Below are positions 63,277-64,000 of a DNA stretch of 64,000 nt, in pieces. Both the position numbers and the translations under genes were made by a program. Position 1 is the stretch's first letter. Every line of letters starts with the position of its first letter. This DNA comes from the human T2T-CHM13v2.0 reference genome, Homo sapiens, in the NCBI RefSeq assembly GCF_009914755.1, contig NC_060944.1. One strand, 5' to 3'. The notes under the pieces were generated by a model, which was not told where the DNA came from, ran no database searches, and saw only the letters and a list, made by a program, of their open reading frames with translations.

Positions 63277-64000
63277 CTGTAAAAATATAGCTATCAGTGT
63301 CATGTTCAGATTTCAAATGGCAATTTAATTTCAGGAACACAATACAAGATGCCACACTGAATTGATATTGTTAGTTCAAATGGAATGGTTATTATTGTTT
63401 TGTTTCCATTGAAGTTGTAAATGTGTTTTTTGCTATAGTCATACATGAACCATGAAGATAAACAGTTAATATAGAGCTTTATTTTATATACTTTGAAGTT
63501 ATATTATGACAAATAATTTATATAAACATTGGACATACAGGTAATTTTTTTTCCCTTCAAAAAGGCCATTATGCCACCCAAGTTTAAAAGCCTGGAACTC
63601 TAAGAAGTGTCCCAGTTATTTAGAGAATACGTGGGATGCAGAGAGAAGGTGGTGCTTAATCCTGAGGGGCTAATAGCTTGTCGTAGTGTCTCTTAGCTAT
63701 GATGGAGGAGATATTTGAGAGCCTTAAGCCTTCTTTACACTTTTTACTCATAACTGCAGTCTTTGCTTCATGATGAAGCTAATCTGAGCAACTCTATAGT
63801 CTGTTCACAAAGTGTTAGAGCAAAGTTAGAACCACTCTTGCTTCCTCCTCACATCAAACAGCCTAATGAGATTGTTAGCAACATTGTGAGAACCTGTTAT
63901 CTTTACATCTCAGCAAGAAGGTGTGTATGTGCGGGTGGGCATGCCCACGTGTGGATGAGGTGTGGAATTGTCACTGCTGTTGCACTTCCAAATTCTGGGA

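Overview
Primate (human-like) AT-rich, gene-poor genomic DNA. I found no credible host protein-coding exon, RNA gene, CRISPR array or CpG island. Roughly half the window is transposable-element derived: 8 Alus, old L1M fragments, three young L1PA insertions, MaLR/ERVL solo LTRs (THE1, MST, MLT1, MER21, LTR16/33), hAT/mariner DNA elements (MER1B, MER33 x3, MER20, MER58, MER96B, MADE1) and MIR/L2. Nearly all ORFs in the track are L1 remnants or spurious. The most informative structures are the three young L1 insertions. (i) A 5 kb L1PA2-like element (54977-60036) has a twin-priming 5' inversion, a ~640-nt internal gap and a ~125-bp 3' transduction, all inside one 13-bp TSD; the inversion points the L1 antisense-promoter region at ORF2. 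(ii) A ~120-bp micro-L1 (60822-60968) is itself inverted and TSD-bounded. (iii) A 5'-truncated L1 (34387-35850) carries a probable ~85-bp 3' transduction. There is also a MADE1 hairpin whose arms share non-consensus changes, and several candidate minus-strand non-coding exons. Repeat family names come from recalled consensus sequences, not a database search, so subfamily calls and boundaries are approximate. I do not see a wholly new biological system; the findings are unusual instances of known mechanisms plus unverified lncRNA candidates.
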